A stretch of 64,000 nucleotides of DNA from a bacterium (GCA_965233585.1 CBDDTI010000746.1:320001-384000), one strand, 5' to 3'; counted from the stretch's first letter, positions 19,022 to 30,155 are shown. Notes: a model not told the origin generated them from the sequence alone. Program-made: numbers and translations.

Positions 19022-20944
19022 TTAGGGTTTGAGAGGCTTGGACTGAAGAAATTCAAGAAATTCTTCAGCATCAGAAGTCAAGCCTGTTTTGGTTGCTACA
19101 ACTTGATTTTGTGGTGTGAGAATGACGTAAAACGGTAGTGCCACAGTCTGAAAACGTTGAATCTGAAGTTCCTGCCATCGTTGATAATCTTTGCCACCAT
19201 CTGTGTACAAACGAACCAGCACAAAATCCTTTTCTAAGACCTCTCGGATTTTGGGTTGTGGAAAGATGTTTTTTTCCATCCAACGGCAGTTGACGCAAGT
19301 GTAACCTGTGAAGTCTATGAACACCAATTTTCCCAACCGTTCAGCTTCTTTCATACCTGCTTCTGGGGTTTCTAACCACTCAAAAAGTTCTTCTTCGTTT
19401 TGATTTTGTGAGACATTGACAGGCAAATAAGCCTCTATCCAGCCGTGAATAGGTTGACTGAAACCAACGAACAAATACGTCCCAAGTACAGCGAAAAAAA
19501 CCACCCAAACGCCACGAATCCAAGGGACTCTTTGAGTCAAAGATAATCTTGTCAAGCGGTATTTGAAAATAGGGACTAATCCAAAAAGAAATGCTGCTGC
19601 ATACAAGGACACAGCACCCCAGATGGCAAGCATCACATGGCGATTCACAAATCCCAATCCTAAAATCACATCAGCATTGCTGATAAACTTCACTGCTACC
19701 GCTAACTCTAGCAACCCCAAGACTTTTTTAAGGGCTTCCACCCAACTTTTTGTTTGCCAAACTTTCTTCAGTTGAGGGAAGCATGCCAAGACTAAAAAAG
19801 GCGTTGCAAACGCAATAGAAAACATCAGCATTCCAAGAGTTGGCAGAAGCCAATGTCCAAACATTGCAGTCACCAGCAAAGTCCCAACAAACTGCATGGT
19901 ACAGGTAAAGGCAATCAAGGTGAAAGCAATCCCCATCAACACAGCACCCCAAGACGTTGAAGACTTGTCATCAACCCATTTCTTTCTGCCAATGATGTCC
20001 AAATGGTGTCCAAACGAAAAATTGATTTGGGTTTGAAAACCCATCAAACCCAGAGCAAACCAGATAAACAAAATGCCAATGCCCAAATTCACAAAAGGAT
20101 TAGAGGCAATGTCTGAAATTGCACCTGCCCCTACCAAAGATGACACTCCCACACCTAGCAAGACGTAAGTCCCAATCATTCCCACTGCAAACAAAACAAC
20201 TGCTTGCCACAGTGAAGACTTGTTTTGTTTTTGGAAGTATCCCACCGTGATTGGAAACATTGGGAATACGCACGGAGTCAGCAGTGCCAAAAGTCCTGAT
20301 GAAAAGGCTAAAATCAAAAACTGGACTGTCTGCCAAGACCATTCAAAGTCTGGGGTGACCCTTTCTACATCGTAGCGAGGTTGAGAAAAGTCAGACCGCA
20401 CGTCTCCATCTTCTACCAAAAAAGAATCCTGAAGGTTGATTTGTGTTGGGGGCAGGCATACTTTTTCAGAACAGATTTGGTATTCCACAGAAACAGACGC
20501 TTCGCTTTGACGTGAAGTGGGACGTTTTGGCATTCTGAAATTATGATAAAAGACTGCCTTTTGACGATGGTAACTTAGAGGGATTTCAAAAAGAGGAGAA
20601 TGTTTGACGATGGCTTGCGTCTCGTAAAAGACGCCTTCTGCAATACCGTCACCTTGCAAGGTCAATTCTAGTTTGGTTGGTAGTGGTGCAGCATCTTCCT
20701 CAATGGGGGCAATGGAATACAGAGACCAGCCTTTTTCAAGCGTTGCTTCTACTTTAATCCTGCCGTATTCTTCAGGTCTGATGATTTCAGGGGTAGAAGA
20801 GATGGAAAAGGTGATTTGATTGCTTGCAGGAGGGGATTCAGGAAAAAAGTTTTGAGCATAGAAGTTATGAAGTGGGAGAAAAGAGATGAAGATGAAGATG
20901 AAAATGTGTTTGAGTGGTAATTTCAAAAGATGATACAATTTCAA
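19022..20944 (-). CDS. dsbD: Thiol:disulfide interchange protein DsbD
   Basis: YQICSEKVCLPP, LTPCVFPM, FTCT, DFTGYTCVNCRWME. Confidence 0.93.
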   Translation of the reverse strand: MKLYHLLKLPLKHIFIFIFISFLPLHNFYAQNFFPESPPASNQITFSISSTPEIIRPEEYGRIKVEATLEKGWSLYSIAPIEEDAAPLPTKLELTLQGDGIAEGVFYETQAIVKHSPLFEIPLSYHRQKAVFYHNFRMPKRPTSRQSEASVSVEYQICSEKVCLPPTQINLQDSFLVEDGDVRSDFSQPRYDVERVTPDFEWSWQTVQFLILAFSSGLLALLTPCVFPMFPITVGYFQKQNKSSLWQAVVLFAVGMIGTYVLLGVGVSSLVGAGAISDIASNPFVNLGIGILFIWFALGLMGFQTQINFSFGHHLDIIGRKKWVDDKSSTSWGAVLMGIAFTLIAFTCTMQFVGTLLVTAMFGHWLLPTLGMLMFSIAFATPFLVLACFPQLKKVWQTKSWVEALKKVLGLLELAVAVKFISNADVILGLGFVNRHVMLAIWGAVSLYAAAFLFGLVPIFKYRLTRLSLTQRVPWIRGVWVVFFAVLGTYLFVGFSQPIHGWIEAYLPVNVSQNQNEEELFEWLETPEAGMKEAERLGKLVFIDFTGYTCVNCRWMEKNIFPQPKIREVLEKDFVLVRLYTDGGKDYQRWQELQIQRFQTVALPFYVILTPQNQVVATKTGLTSDAEEFLEFLQSKPLKP

Positions 20945-21013
20945 AAAATTGATACAATGTTGAACTTTATCAAAAAGTTTAATTCAACTCCGTTAAAAGA
21001 CCAATTTTAAAAT

Positions 21014-21901
21014 ATGGCAAAAAAGCAAAAGAAAGCAGGAATGCTGAAACGTAAGACCCAAAAAAACATCAAAAAGACCAAGCAACGCAAAGCCTATTCT
21101 AGCCGCGCTCAAAGCAATTTCAATTCCCAAAAAAACATCACACAGCTTCTTGTCAAAGTCCCCTATCTTATCTATGAACCAGAATTAGAAGACTTTGAGC
21201 TAGACCGAGACAAAATCCAGCAATATCAAGCACAAGGCATGAGTTCTCCCCAAATCATCTTGGAATTGATGGACGAAGAAAGACAAGATGCCTTGTTTGC
21301 AGAATTGGAAAAAATTCAAAGTCGCTATCAAGGGAATCGTTCAAAGTCTCTTATGATTCAAGGGCTTTATCATTTTTTTGGGCAAAACATTCCTCCTTTT
21401 GTCAATCCAATCGTTGTTGCCATCTATTTACAAACCTGTGCAAGAATGGCAGGGGAAAGCATTCCTTCTTCAGAACTCACCAAAAAGATTTCAGAATATG
21501 AGGAAGTCAATCAGCCTATCATTGAACAACTTGCCAGTGAAATCAAAGCCAATGCTGATGAAGCAACAGAGGAGACTTTGGAAGGTGAAGATGAGGAGAT
21601 TGAAGACATCAAACCGCTGATGGTGCCAAGCGAAGTGATGCAAGCCTTCCACAAAACAACTTCTGATGAGGTGTATGACGACGTAGAGGTATTTACAGAA
21701 GACTATGCAGAAAAAGCACTTGCAGAATGGGATTTGGAGATGGTTGAGAATTTTCAAAGTTGGTTCAAGCAAAATATGGCGCCTCTGGAAGAAGATGTTG
21801 CCAACATGCAAGCGTCTCTTAAACAATTCTTTTTCTATCTCAACGATAATCAACACCTTTCTGAAAATCAAAAACAAACAATCCTTCCTTTTTTTGAATA
21901 A
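21014..21901 (+). CDS. Hypothetical protein (basic N-terminus, acidic C-terminus)
   Basis: 295-aa ORF at the head of a co-oriented gene cluster. Confidence 0.75.
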   Translation: MAKKQKKAGMLKRKTQKNIKKTKQRKAYSSRAQSNFNSQKNITQLLVKVPYLIYEPELEDFELDRDKIQQYQAQGMSSPQIILELMDEERQDALFAELEKIQSRYQGNRSKSLMIQGLYHFFGQNIPPFVNPIVVAIYLQTCARMAGESIPSSELTKKISEYEEVNQPIIEQLASEIKANADEATEETLEGEDEEIEDIKPLMVPSEVMQAFHKTTSDEVYDDVEVFTEDYAEKALAEWDLEMVENFQSWFKQNMAPLEEDVANMQASLKQFFFYLNDNQHLSENQKQTILPFFE

Positions 21902-21926
21902 AACAAATTTTTAAGTAAAACAAATT

Positions 21927-23162
21927 ATGAGACTTGATTTCGTCAGACGTTTTTTGTGTCATCTGGTTTTATTGGGTTTGATGGTCGGTTGTTCTGCAAC
22001 CACTGAAACCCGCAAGCCTTCTGCTGCATTGGATACCCCTGAACATCATTTGTTGCGTGCAAATGATTTCATTGCACAAAATAACTGGGTCAATGCACGT
22101 CGTTCTGTTCGGTTGGCTCAAGAAATTGCATCGCAAGACCCTGTTGTCCTTTCTATGCAAGCCTTAATCACTGCACAACAATCCACACTTGCAGGGAAAA
22201 CTCCCACCGAAAAACAGACACTTTATTTGCAAAGTGAAGAATTTTTAGACAATGCGTCAGACCGTGCTTCTACTCCAAAAGAACAAGTTCAGGTCTTGGC
22301 AAACTCCATTCGCACACAGGCTTTTTTAAAAGACAAGCCCAACTGGTATGAACAAGCCCAAAACGCCTTTGAAGAGGCTCAAGGGGTCATTGGAGAAAAC
22401 TCAACGCTTTATCCGTTCACGGTTTCTTTGGAGTATTACATGGGTCAAGCACATGAGGCATCTTTTAAGTTTGAACAGGCATTGACGTCATACAGAGCTG
22501 TTGTCAGACAAAGGGGGGCGTTTCTGCAACAAGCGACAAGAGCGTTGGAACGAGTTGAACAGGTTTTGCGTGCTGCACCTATCACAGACAGAGGCAACCG
22601 CATTGCCACACTACGTGCCTTGACCCGTGCAGATATGGCAGCGTTGCTGGTTGAAGAATTTGAATTAGCCAAGTTGAGGCAATCTTCTACAACTCAAGCA
22701 AACTCCAATCAATTCCAAGTCCCTGAATCACAACAAAAGTTCCAACCTACTCAAGGCAACCAAACCAGTCTAGCCCTTGATATTGCAGAACACCCTTTGC
22801 AAGCAGACATTGAAGAAGTCATCAAGCATGGCATCAGAGGCATGCAACCAGACCCACGTCAATTATTCTATCCTAACGAAGTTGTCACACGTGCAGAATA
22901 TGCGATGATTTTGGAAGACATCTTAATCAGTCTGACCAACGATGAATCCCTTGCCACGCGTTTTATTGGAGAGTCTTCTCCTTGGCAAGATGTGCGACCT
23001 GATGCCTTTTATTACAATGCCTCGCGTGTTCTTGTCTCACGGGGGATTATGTCTTTGAATGACAAACTTGGGGCAAGGTTTGAGCCACAAAAACCCATCA
23101 GTGGTTCGCAAGCCTTGCTTGGTTTGCGTCTTCTGGCTAACGAAGTTCGCACGGTACGTTAA
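21927..23162 (+). CDS. TPR-like plus S-layer homology (SLH) lipoprotein
   Basis: Lipobox MVGC; SLH-like LTRADMAALL, DIAEHP, VTRAEYA, WQDV. Confidence 0.75.
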   Translation: MRLDFVRRFLCHLVLLGLMVGCSATTETRKPSAALDTPEHHLLRANDFIAQNNWVNARRSVRLAQEIASQDPVVLSMQALITAQQSTLAGKTPTEKQTLYLQSEEFLDNASDRASTPKEQVQVLANSIRTQAFLKDKPNWYEQAQNAFEEAQGVIGENSTLYPFTVSLEYYMGQAHEASFKFEQALTSYRAVVRQRGAFLQQATRALERVEQVLRAAPITDRGNRIATLRALTRADMAALLVEEFELAKLRQSSTTQANSNQFQVPESQQKFQPTQGNQTSLALDIAEHPLQADIEEVIKHGIRGMQPDPRQLFYPNEVVTRAEYAMILEDILISLTNDESLATRFIGESSPWQDVRPDAFYYNASRVLVSRGIMSLNDKLGARFEPQKPISGSQALLGLRLLANEVRTVR

Positions 23163-23384
23163 ATGTCTGCTTCTTCATCTTCTTACTCAAATCATTCAAA
23201 GGAATCTGAACAGTTGACCGTTCCTTGTCCTCAATGTCAAAAACTCATCATCTTGCAACAATCACAACACCGCCCTTTTTGCTCAAAACGTTGTCAAATG
23301 ATTGACAGAGGTGCTTGGGTCTCTGGTGAGTATTTCATTGTAGGAGACCAAGAATCGTCTCATCAAAACTTGAGTGATGAATGA
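23163..23384 (+). CDS. yacG: DNA gyrase inhibitor YacG
   Basis: CPQC...RPFCSKRCQMID.GAW. Confidence 0.9.
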   Translation: MSASSSSYSNHSKESEQLTVPCPQCQKLIILQQSQHRPFCSKRCQMIDRGAWVSGEYFIVGDQESSHQNLSDE

Positions 23385-25192
23385 CACGAATGATGAATGA
23401 CATTCAAATTCTGCCTGAAGAAATCATTAATCAAATCTCTGCTGGTGAGGTGGTAGACCGTCCCGCTTCTGTGGTGAAAGAGTTTGCAGAAAACTCTCTT
23501 GATGCAGGAGCGACGCAGATTTACGTCACCATTCAAAACGGAGGCAAAGAGTTAATCTCGGTGGCAGACAATGGGCATGGCATGACTGAAGACAATGCCA
23601 AGCTGGCAATAGAAAGGCATGCCACTAGCAAAATTTCTGTGACTTCTGACCTTGACCATATTCAGACGATGGGTTTTCGTGGGGAGGCATTGGCGGCGAT
23701 TGCCTCTGTTTCTCGGCTGGAATTGCTGACCTGTGCCAAAGAGGGTCAAGCAGGTACAAGGCTTGAGGTAGAGGGAGGGAGGTTGAAGCAGTGCCACCAA
23801 GTGGGGTTTCCTCAAGGCACAAAGGTTGTGGTCAAGCAACTTTTTTTCAATACGCCTGCACGGTTGAAGTTTATGAAGACGGTGGCGACAGAGTTCCGTG
23901 CCATTCAAGAGCAGTTTTTATCGCTGGCACTTCTTTATCATCATGTCCACTTCCGATTGACTCACAACAACAAACTTTCATTTGACCTGCCTGCCAAAGA
24001 CAACCTGTCAGCAAGGGCTTATCAGCTGTTCCAAGAAGACTTTGGAGCATCGGTATTTCCACTTTGGCATGAAGAATCTTATTTGAAATTGGAGGGGTTG
24101 TTTTCCTTACCTTCCCGCACCAAACGTTCTAGGTCTAAGCAATATCTTTTTGTCAATGGACGCTACATTCGTTCACCTGAGATGGTCAGTAGTGTGTATC
24201 AGTCTTATGGTGCATTGATTGAAAGGGGAAGCCACCCGCTTTTTATTTTAAAAATCTCTCTTGACCCTTCTGAAATTGATGTCAACGTCCACCCTGCCAA
24301 AACTCAAATCCGCTTTAGGAACCTCAAAGTCGTGACAACGATTATTGAAGAACAGCTGACCCAACAAATTAGAAAGCAATCTGACCAAAGATATTTTTCA
24401 GACCAAACCAAGCCCCGTGTTTCTGGGTCTCAATATCCGTCTGTTCAAAGTGCAGTTCAAAATCCCGATGTGGTTTCTGACTCAGCCTTGTCTTCTGCCA
24501 AGCCAAGTCATTTGACTATCTTGCAACACCCCTCGTCAAACGAAGCAGGACAGCTCAAGTTTCAACTACCAAAGGTAGTCTTGCCTAAACCGAAGGTCAA
24601 AAAAGAGCCAAAAGAGCAGTGGACTGCCATCGTTCAACTGCAAGACCGCTACATTTTGGCTCAAACTCCCAAAGGGTTGTTGTGCATAGACCAAGAAGTG
24701 GCAAGCCAGACAATTTTAGAACAGCGATTGCACCTTGAAATCAAGAATGACACCTTGCTCATTCATACCTTTCATTCTCCGATTCTGCTGGAACTTGCAC
24801 CGCATCTTGATTTGGCACTGGCTAAAAATTTACCCCTTTTCCAAAAACAAGGCTTCACGTTAGAAGAGTTTGGCAGAAACACCTATCGCTTGTTAACAGC
24901 ACCAGATTTTTTGAAGTATCTGGACTGTGCCACGATGATTCAAAACGTCCTGACTCAAGTCATAGAACAGCATCAACTCAATGACCCTGAACAAATGGCG
25001 GGGCATCTCACAAGTCAAGCTGCGAAGTTAGGGGCTTATTCTGTGGGCAGGGTGTTGTCTCTTTCCCAAATGAATCAGTTGCTTCAAGCTATGCAACAAC
25101 TTCAAATGTCAGCAACAGATTCCCATCGTCAACTTCTTTTTATAGAATGGAGATATGAAGATTTGGACAAGCAATTTGCTAAAAAATTATAG
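23381..25192 (+). CDS. mutL: DNA mismatch repair protein MutL
   Basis: ISAGEVVDRPASVVKE, RHATSK, GFRGEAL, DVNVHPAK. Confidence 0.96.
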   Translation: MTRMMNDIQILPEEIINQISAGEVVDRPASVVKEFAENSLDAGATQIYVTIQNGGKELISVADNGHGMTEDNAKLAIERHATSKISVTSDLDHIQTMGFRGEALAAIASVSRLELLTCAKEGQAGTRLEVEGGRLKQCHQVGFPQGTKVVVKQLFFNTPARLKFMKTVATEFRAIQEQFLSLALLYHHVHFRLTHNNKLSFDLPAKDNLSARAYQLFQEDFGASVFPLWHEESYLKLEGLFSLPSRTKRSRSKQYLFVNGRYIRSPEMVSSVYQSYGALIERGSHPLFILKISLDPSEIDVNVHPAKTQIRFRNLKVVTTIIEEQLTQQIRKQSDQRYFSDQTKPRVSGSQYPSVQSAVQNPDVVSDSALSSAKPSHLTILQHPSSNEAGQLKFQLPKVVLPKPKVKKEPKEQWTAIVQLQDRYILAQTPKGLLCIDQEVASQTILEQRLHLEIKNDTLLIHTFHSPILLELAPHLDLALAKNLPLFQKQGFTLEEFGRNTYRLLTAPDFLKYLDCATMIQNVLTQVIEQHQLNDPEQMAGHLTSQAAKLGAYSVGRVLSLSQMNQLLQAMQQLQMSATDSHRQLLFIEWRYEDLDKQFAKKL

Positions 25193-25862
25193 TGTTTTAC
25201 TGATTTTGGGGCTGACCACAGCCTCGCTCATTGCCAAGACGCCAACACTGGTGCAGGTGCAGTCCATAGAAAATCAGGCACTTTACCGCCAAGCCTCTCA
25301 TCAACAATGGCAAAATTTAACAGAAGGCACAACGCTCAAAGCAGGTGATGAAATCAAAACTTTGCAAGACACTCGTTTAGTCATCAGCTTTGGCAAGTAT
25401 GGAGTAGTGAGAATTGCCCCAAAAAGTCAGTTGAAAATCAACCCACCTCCTTTTATAGACGAAGAGGCTTTTGAGCTTTCTCTTGTGTTTGGCAAGGTCT
25501 GGGCAAAGATTAAAAACCAACTGCAAACCTCCCGTTCAAGATTGATTTTGAAGACACGCAACGCTGCCATTCGCATTAAAGGCACTACTTATGAGGCATC
25601 ATTTGAAGACGAACAAACACAAGTAAGAGTCTTTACAGGCAAGGTTGATGTGAGTGCTGAACAGGAGCAAAGTGCCTCCCTTGAACCCACTGAGATTCAA
25701 GGACCGCATGAGGTGTCTCGGCAAGAATGGTCTGTCATTGTCAGTGCCTTTGAAACAGTCATCGTGTCTGGGAACAACCCACCTGCACAACCCCGCACCT
25801 TTCAACTAGATTCTTCTGACAGCTGGGCAAGCTGGAATCTCCAACAAGATGAGTCTTTTTAA
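25155..25862 (+). CDS. FecR-domain exported protein
   Basis: Signal-like N-terminus; LKAGDEIKT, AAIRIKGT, VRVFTGKV. Confidence 0.75.
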   Translation: MKIWTSNLLKNYSVLLILGLTTASLIAKTPTLVQVQSIENQALYRQASHQQWQNLTEGTTLKAGDEIKTLQDTRLVISFGKYGVVRIAPKSQLKINPPPFIDEEAFELSLVFGKVWAKIKNQLQTSRSRLILKTRNAAIRIKGTTYEASFEDEQTQVRVFTGKVDVSAEQEQSASLEPTEIQGPHEVSRQEWSVIVSAFETVIVSGNNPPAQPRTFQLDSSDSWASWNLQQDESF

Positions 25863-25955
25863 AAAACATCAACAAAGAATCAAAGAAGAACTTATAAAAG
25901 AGACCTCCAAACAAATGAAATCTTGTTGTTGTTTATTTTAAAACCAACATTAAAC

Positions 25956-27932
25956 CTATTTGCTATTAATGTCTTTAAAAGTTGGTTTACCATTGCTCAA
26001 GGTGGCTGTTTCGCTGTTGAGTAAATAGCACTCTTTATAGTCCCAAGTGACTGCTATAAATTTACGATGGTATCCATAATTTAGACTATCAGGTTCATTA
26101 ATGATCTTTTGCTGCCAGTTTTTCATACTAGAATATTGACTTGTTTTTTGAAAGTCTTTCAATAGTGTTTTTATATCTTTGTTTATTAGTTTAAAAATTA
26201 ATTCTTTTAAATAATTTTTATCTTTATCTTTACTAAAGTTTCTTAAAGCTTGAATATCTTCAACAATGCAGAATCTGCGACCGCCAATGTGTTTGTAACT
26301 GTTACCTACATGGAAGAATTTACAAAAAAACCAACCATCCTTAATCGTAAAAAGAGCGGCTCTTAACTCATTTGAAACTAAATGATCTTTTTCTTCAAGG
26401 TATTGGAGAACTTCTTGAATTTCTAAGAGCTTACTACTATTAAAAGAATCTAAATTTTCTTTATCAAAATCAATACAATAAAGAGCGAACTCTATATCTC
26501 CCTGACAAAAATTGGTGTCTTCTGTTTTAAAAATAGAATCTCTGTTTTGAGCATTATGAACAATCAATTTTGCCTTTAATACTTCTTGTTGTACTTGTTT
26601 TGATGCAAAGCCTGACTTGATTTGACTTGTTGCTAAATGGTTGTAAATATCAAAACAACCTGCCACAAGTTCGTTTATCAAATTGATTGCTAATCTAAAT
26701 GTTCGTGGGCTGTCTATTGTAGAATGATGGACGATATTCTGAACAACCCGCATCCAATCTTGAAATTTTTCTCCATTAAAATTTTCATTTTCTTTTTGTA
26801 ATTTTAATAGATATTGAGTTTGAGCAAAAAACAAAACTTGTTCATGGTAGCTTGTGTATTCAATACTACTTTTAAATAGTTGTTTTTTATGTCCTAACCA
26901 AGATTTGATATTGCTTTCAAGTTCATCAGCGAGCTTGTTATCATATCTTTTATTTTTATCAGAATAAAGATCAAAGCATTGTTTTAAATAATCAAAAGAT
27001 TCTTGATTCGTAAAATGTTCTGGTTGAGTATCATTTGGATTATTGTAAAGGTTTTGAATTGTTGTATTTTCATCACCTTGATATTCATAAAGACAAATGG
27101 CTTGCATGGCAATTCTTGAGATAAACTTCATAAATTGGTTATCCACTAGGTTATCTTTATCTCTATATTTCCAAAACAAATCTAACCAAACTGTATCAAT
27201 TTTATGAGAAAATTTATCTGTCTCTGGAATATCATCATCTTCTAAATGATTTTCTCCTATATGCTTTTGAAAGCTGGCTTTAAAGTTTTCAAAGTCAGTC
27301 AATGCTTTTCCTCGTGCATTCATTTTGATATAGAGGTCATCGGTGAGACCAAAATGTTCCATTTGTAGAAATTCAAAACTAATGTTTTGTAGTCTTTCAA
27401 AGCCATTTTTAATGTCTTTAAATTCGTCATGAATCGCTTTGTTATGAATAGCGTCTATCATGGTCAACATAGACTGCACGGTCGGGTCTTTTTCCCAATA
27501 AGTTAAAAACCAAGAAAAGTCTTTGATTTGTCCACTGAGTAGTTCGCCATGTGAAAAGCAACTTTCAGAATCTACTAGAGCTTGACAAAACTCTCTGGAA
27601 CTGGCTCTCGTTGCATAATTGAATTTTTTTAAATCTTGAATATGTTTACCTTCTTTTTTTCCAAAATACCAATGAAGTAGAAACAAAGTGGTCAATCGTT
27701 GTTGTCCATCAAGAGGGATAAATTGATTGCACTCAATACTTCCATAGACAAAATCTAAATGAAGTTCTTGATTAGTTTCTAATGCCTTAAAAATAGCATT
27801 TAAAAACTTGTTTCTTATTTGTTCAATTTTTCCATCTTTTCTCCCTTGAGCATAGTCTCTTTGGATGATAGGAATTTCAATTTCATTTGCTTTGATAATC
27901 TCTTGAAAAGTTTTTTTAGTTGAATCACTCAT
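25956..27932 (-). CDS. DUF262 (GmrS-like NTPase) protein with a long C-terminal region lacking a clear HNH motif
   Basis: IPIIQRDYAQGR, LDGQQRLTT, YIKMNARGKALT. Confidence 0.88.
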   Translation of the reverse strand: MSDSTKKTFQEIIKANEIEIPIIQRDYAQGRKDGKIEQIRNKFLNAIFKALETNQELHLDFVYGSIECNQFIPLDGQQRLTTLFLLHWYFGKKEGKHIQDLKKFNYATRASSREFCQALVDSESCFSHGELLSGQIKDFSWFLTYWEKDPTVQSMLTMIDAIHNKAIHDEFKDIKNGFERLQNISFEFLQMEHFGLTDDLYIKMNARGKALTDFENFKASFQKHIGENHLEDDDIPETDKFSHKIDTVWLDLFWKYRDKDNLVDNQFMKFISRIAMQAICLYEYQGDENTTIQNLYNNPNDTQPEHFTNQESFDYLKQCFDLYSDKNKRYDNKLADELESNIKSWLGHKKQLFKSSIEYTSYHEQVLFFAQTQYLLKLQKENENFNGEKFQDWMRVVQNIVHHSTIDSPRTFRLAINLINELVAGCFDIYNHLATSQIKSGFASKQVQQEVLKAKLIVHNAQNRDSIFKTEDTNFCQGDIEFALYCIDFDKENLDSFNSSKLLEIQEVLQYLEEKDHLVSNELRAALFTIKDGWFFCKFFHVGNSYKHIGGRRFCIVEDIQALRNFSKDKDKNYLKELIFKLINKDIKTLLKDFQKTSQYSSMKNWQQKIINEPDSLNYGYHRKFIAVTWDYKECYLLNSETATLSNGKPTFKDINSK

Positions 27933-29663
27933 TTAGTTTTCTCCTTTTGAATTTAAAAATTTGTTTAATGTGTCTGACATAGATTCAAGATAATCTTGTC
28001 TATTTTTTTCACTCCAAAAATAGAGGTTTCTATCATCTGGACTGTAATATTTTAAAAAGACATTTTTGGTGTAGATAGGAATAAAAGCACCATTTTGATC
28101 TTTCTCTATGATTCTTTTTCTCTTGGTAGGAAATAAAGCATTACTTAAAGAAGAATTGTTTTTTCCCGTCAATAAAGTTAAATTCTCAATCCCATCTGAA
28201 GATTCAGCCCCAAAAAGATTGAATATCTTATCTTTTAATTCGTTAAATTCTGTTTCATTTTTGTCATCAATTTGTTCTGATTTTAACAAACTTTCAATTT
28301 CTTTCAATATACTTTCTTTGGTTGGTTTTTCTTCATCTTTCAGCTTTTCAAATCTCTTTTTGAACTCTTCAGCAGGTATTAATCCAATTTGTTCTTTGGC
28401 TTCTTTTAACCAACCTATTTTATCTTTTATTTTAGAATCAGCTTGAGGATGGATATGTTCTAAACTCCAGTTTTCTTGACGAAACCTATCAAAAGCAAAT
28501 CTAAGGTGACTGCTTTTTTCATTTAAGAGTGTCGCAATGTTGAACAGTAAAAGAATTTTTTCAATTTTTTCTCTGTTGTTGGGGTAATCTGATTCTCTAA
28601 TCTCTTCAATTTCTATTTGGTTATACAACCAGCTTTTAAACTCTGTTTTTGTTCTTTGTCTAGCTTCTTCATAAATTGTCTTTACATCTGAACCAATAGT
28701 AATTAAAAACCCAATGAGATGATACAATTTTCTATCTTCAAACCAATGTTTCAAGGTCAAAAAAACTTTCTTGATATTATTTGTGTCTTCTGACCATAAT
28801 TTGACAATGCCTTCATCTTTTTTCCCTTGAAACCATCTATAAACAGCTAGTTCATCATTTTCTGTTTTCTTTTGACCAGAAAAGATTTCAAAAATCAATT
28901 CTATTCTGGATTGGTAAGGCTTTTCTGCTGTTAAAAAGTACCAAAACTCATCATTTTGTAAGGTTTGTTCTATGTCGTCCCATTCTTTAGCTATTTCTAT
29001 TTGTTTGATGTTTTTTTCGTTGTCCCTAAAATTTTTACTATTTAAAAAGAGAGATTTGATTAACTCTGCACTGGTTAAAGGAATCTTCCCCATATTCAAT
29101 CGGGTAAAAACATCTATCTCATCGTTTTGAATTTCATACCAGATTACTTTAGTATGATGTTTAAATTTAGATTGAAAATCGTTATTGTCTAAATCCTTAC
29201 CTTTCTTTTCAACCCATTTATGAATAGCTTGATAAGCTTTAGACATATGATGATAATCTATATTACTGTCATCTATTTTTATAGAATTTTCATCTATCTT
29301 TAAATCTTTAAGAAACTCAAAACTTCCCTTTCTTGTTCCATATTCTATTTGAAACTCTTGAACTTTTTGTTTACCGACCCACATTTCATTTGCGTAGTGA
29401 ATGATCATAAAAATAGTCGTCAATCTCTGCTGTCCATCAATCACTTCATATTGACCATCTTGCCCTTCCTTAACAACGATAGGTTGAAGACAATAAAATT
29501 CATCACGACCTTTTTCGGGCTTTTGTATAAATTCCCAAATGTCATCTAACAAATCTGTGACATTTTGTTCTTTCCAGCGGTAGCCCCTTTGATAAGAGGG
29601 TATGAAAAATTTTTTATCCAACAAGTCTTGGATAGGTGTCAGTTTTAAATTGTCTGTTGTCAT
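27933..29663 (-). CDS. GmrSD-like DUF262-DUF1524 (HNH) restriction nuclease
   Basis: IPSYQRGYRW, IDGQQRLTT, FTRLNMGKIPL; EHIHPQ...IENLTLLTGKNNSSLSN. Confidence 0.92.
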   Translation of the reverse strand: MTTDNLKLTPIQDLLDKKFFIPSYQRGYRWKEQNVTDLLDDIWEFIQKPEKGRDEFYCLQPIVVKEGQDGQYEVIDGQQRLTTIFMIIHYANEMWVGKQKVQEFQIEYGTRKGSFEFLKDLKIDENSIKIDDSNIDYHHMSKAYQAIHKWVEKKGKDLDNNDFQSKFKHHTKVIWYEIQNDEIDVFTRLNMGKIPLTSAELIKSLFLNSKNFRDNEKNIKQIEIAKEWDDIEQTLQNDEFWYFLTAEKPYQSRIELIFEIFSGQKKTENDELAVYRWFQGKKDEGIVKLWSEDTNNIKKVFLTLKHWFEDRKLYHLIGFLITIGSDVKTIYEEARQRTKTEFKSWLYNQIEIEEIRESDYPNNREKIEKILLLFNIATLLNEKSSHLRFAFDRFRQENWSLEHIHPQADSKIKDKIGWLKEAKEQIGLIPAEEFKKRFEKLKDEEKPTKESILKEIESLLKSEQIDDKNETEFNELKDKIFNLFGAESSDGIENLTLLTGKNNSSLSNALFPTKRKRIIEKDQNGAFIPIYTKNVFLKYYSPDDRNLYFWSEKNRQDYLESMSDTLNKFLNSKGEN

Positions 29664-29672
29664 GGTGACTCC

Positions 29673-30155
29673 TTAATTATTTTGATTTTGTAAGTGGATT
29701 TGAAACAGCTTTGCACAGGCTTTCGCATCGCTCAAAGCATCGTGATGATTGAGAGGGATATGATAATGATGACACAGCGAAGACAAGTCTTTTTTGAATA
29801 TTCTGTAAGTGCAAAACTTTTGATATGGTGGTTCTTTCATTCCGTAGTATTCAAGGGTTTTGCTCAAAACGTCAAAATCAAAACTAAAACCATTGTGTGC
29901 AACAACATTTTGGTTTGTGATGTAGGGTTCTATCTTGTGCCAAATTTGATTGAAAGTTGGGGATTGAGCGGTCTTTTTTGAGTCTATGCCGTGAATATCA
30001 GTAAAGTCGCCCCAATAATAATTATCAGGTGGCTTGACCAATAAACTCATTTCTTGAGTGACACACCCCTGTTCTACCCGAACCAGTCCGACTTGGCAAA
30101 TACTGAAACGATACCCTTGGGCTGTTTCAAAATCTATTGCTGTAAAATTTTCCAT
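29673..30155 (-). CDS. DEDDh 3'-5' exonuclease (DnaQ-like)
   Basis: AIDFETA, VAHN..FD, HHDALSDA. Confidence 0.92.
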   Translation of the reverse strand: MENFTAIDFETAQGYRFSICQVGLVRVEQGCVTQEMSLLVKPPDNYYWGDFTDIHGIDSKKTAQSPTFNQIWHKIEPYITNQNVVAHNGFSFDFDVLSKTLEYYGMKEPPYQKFCTYRIFKKDLSSLCHHYHIPLNHHDALSDAKACAKLFQIHLQNQNN

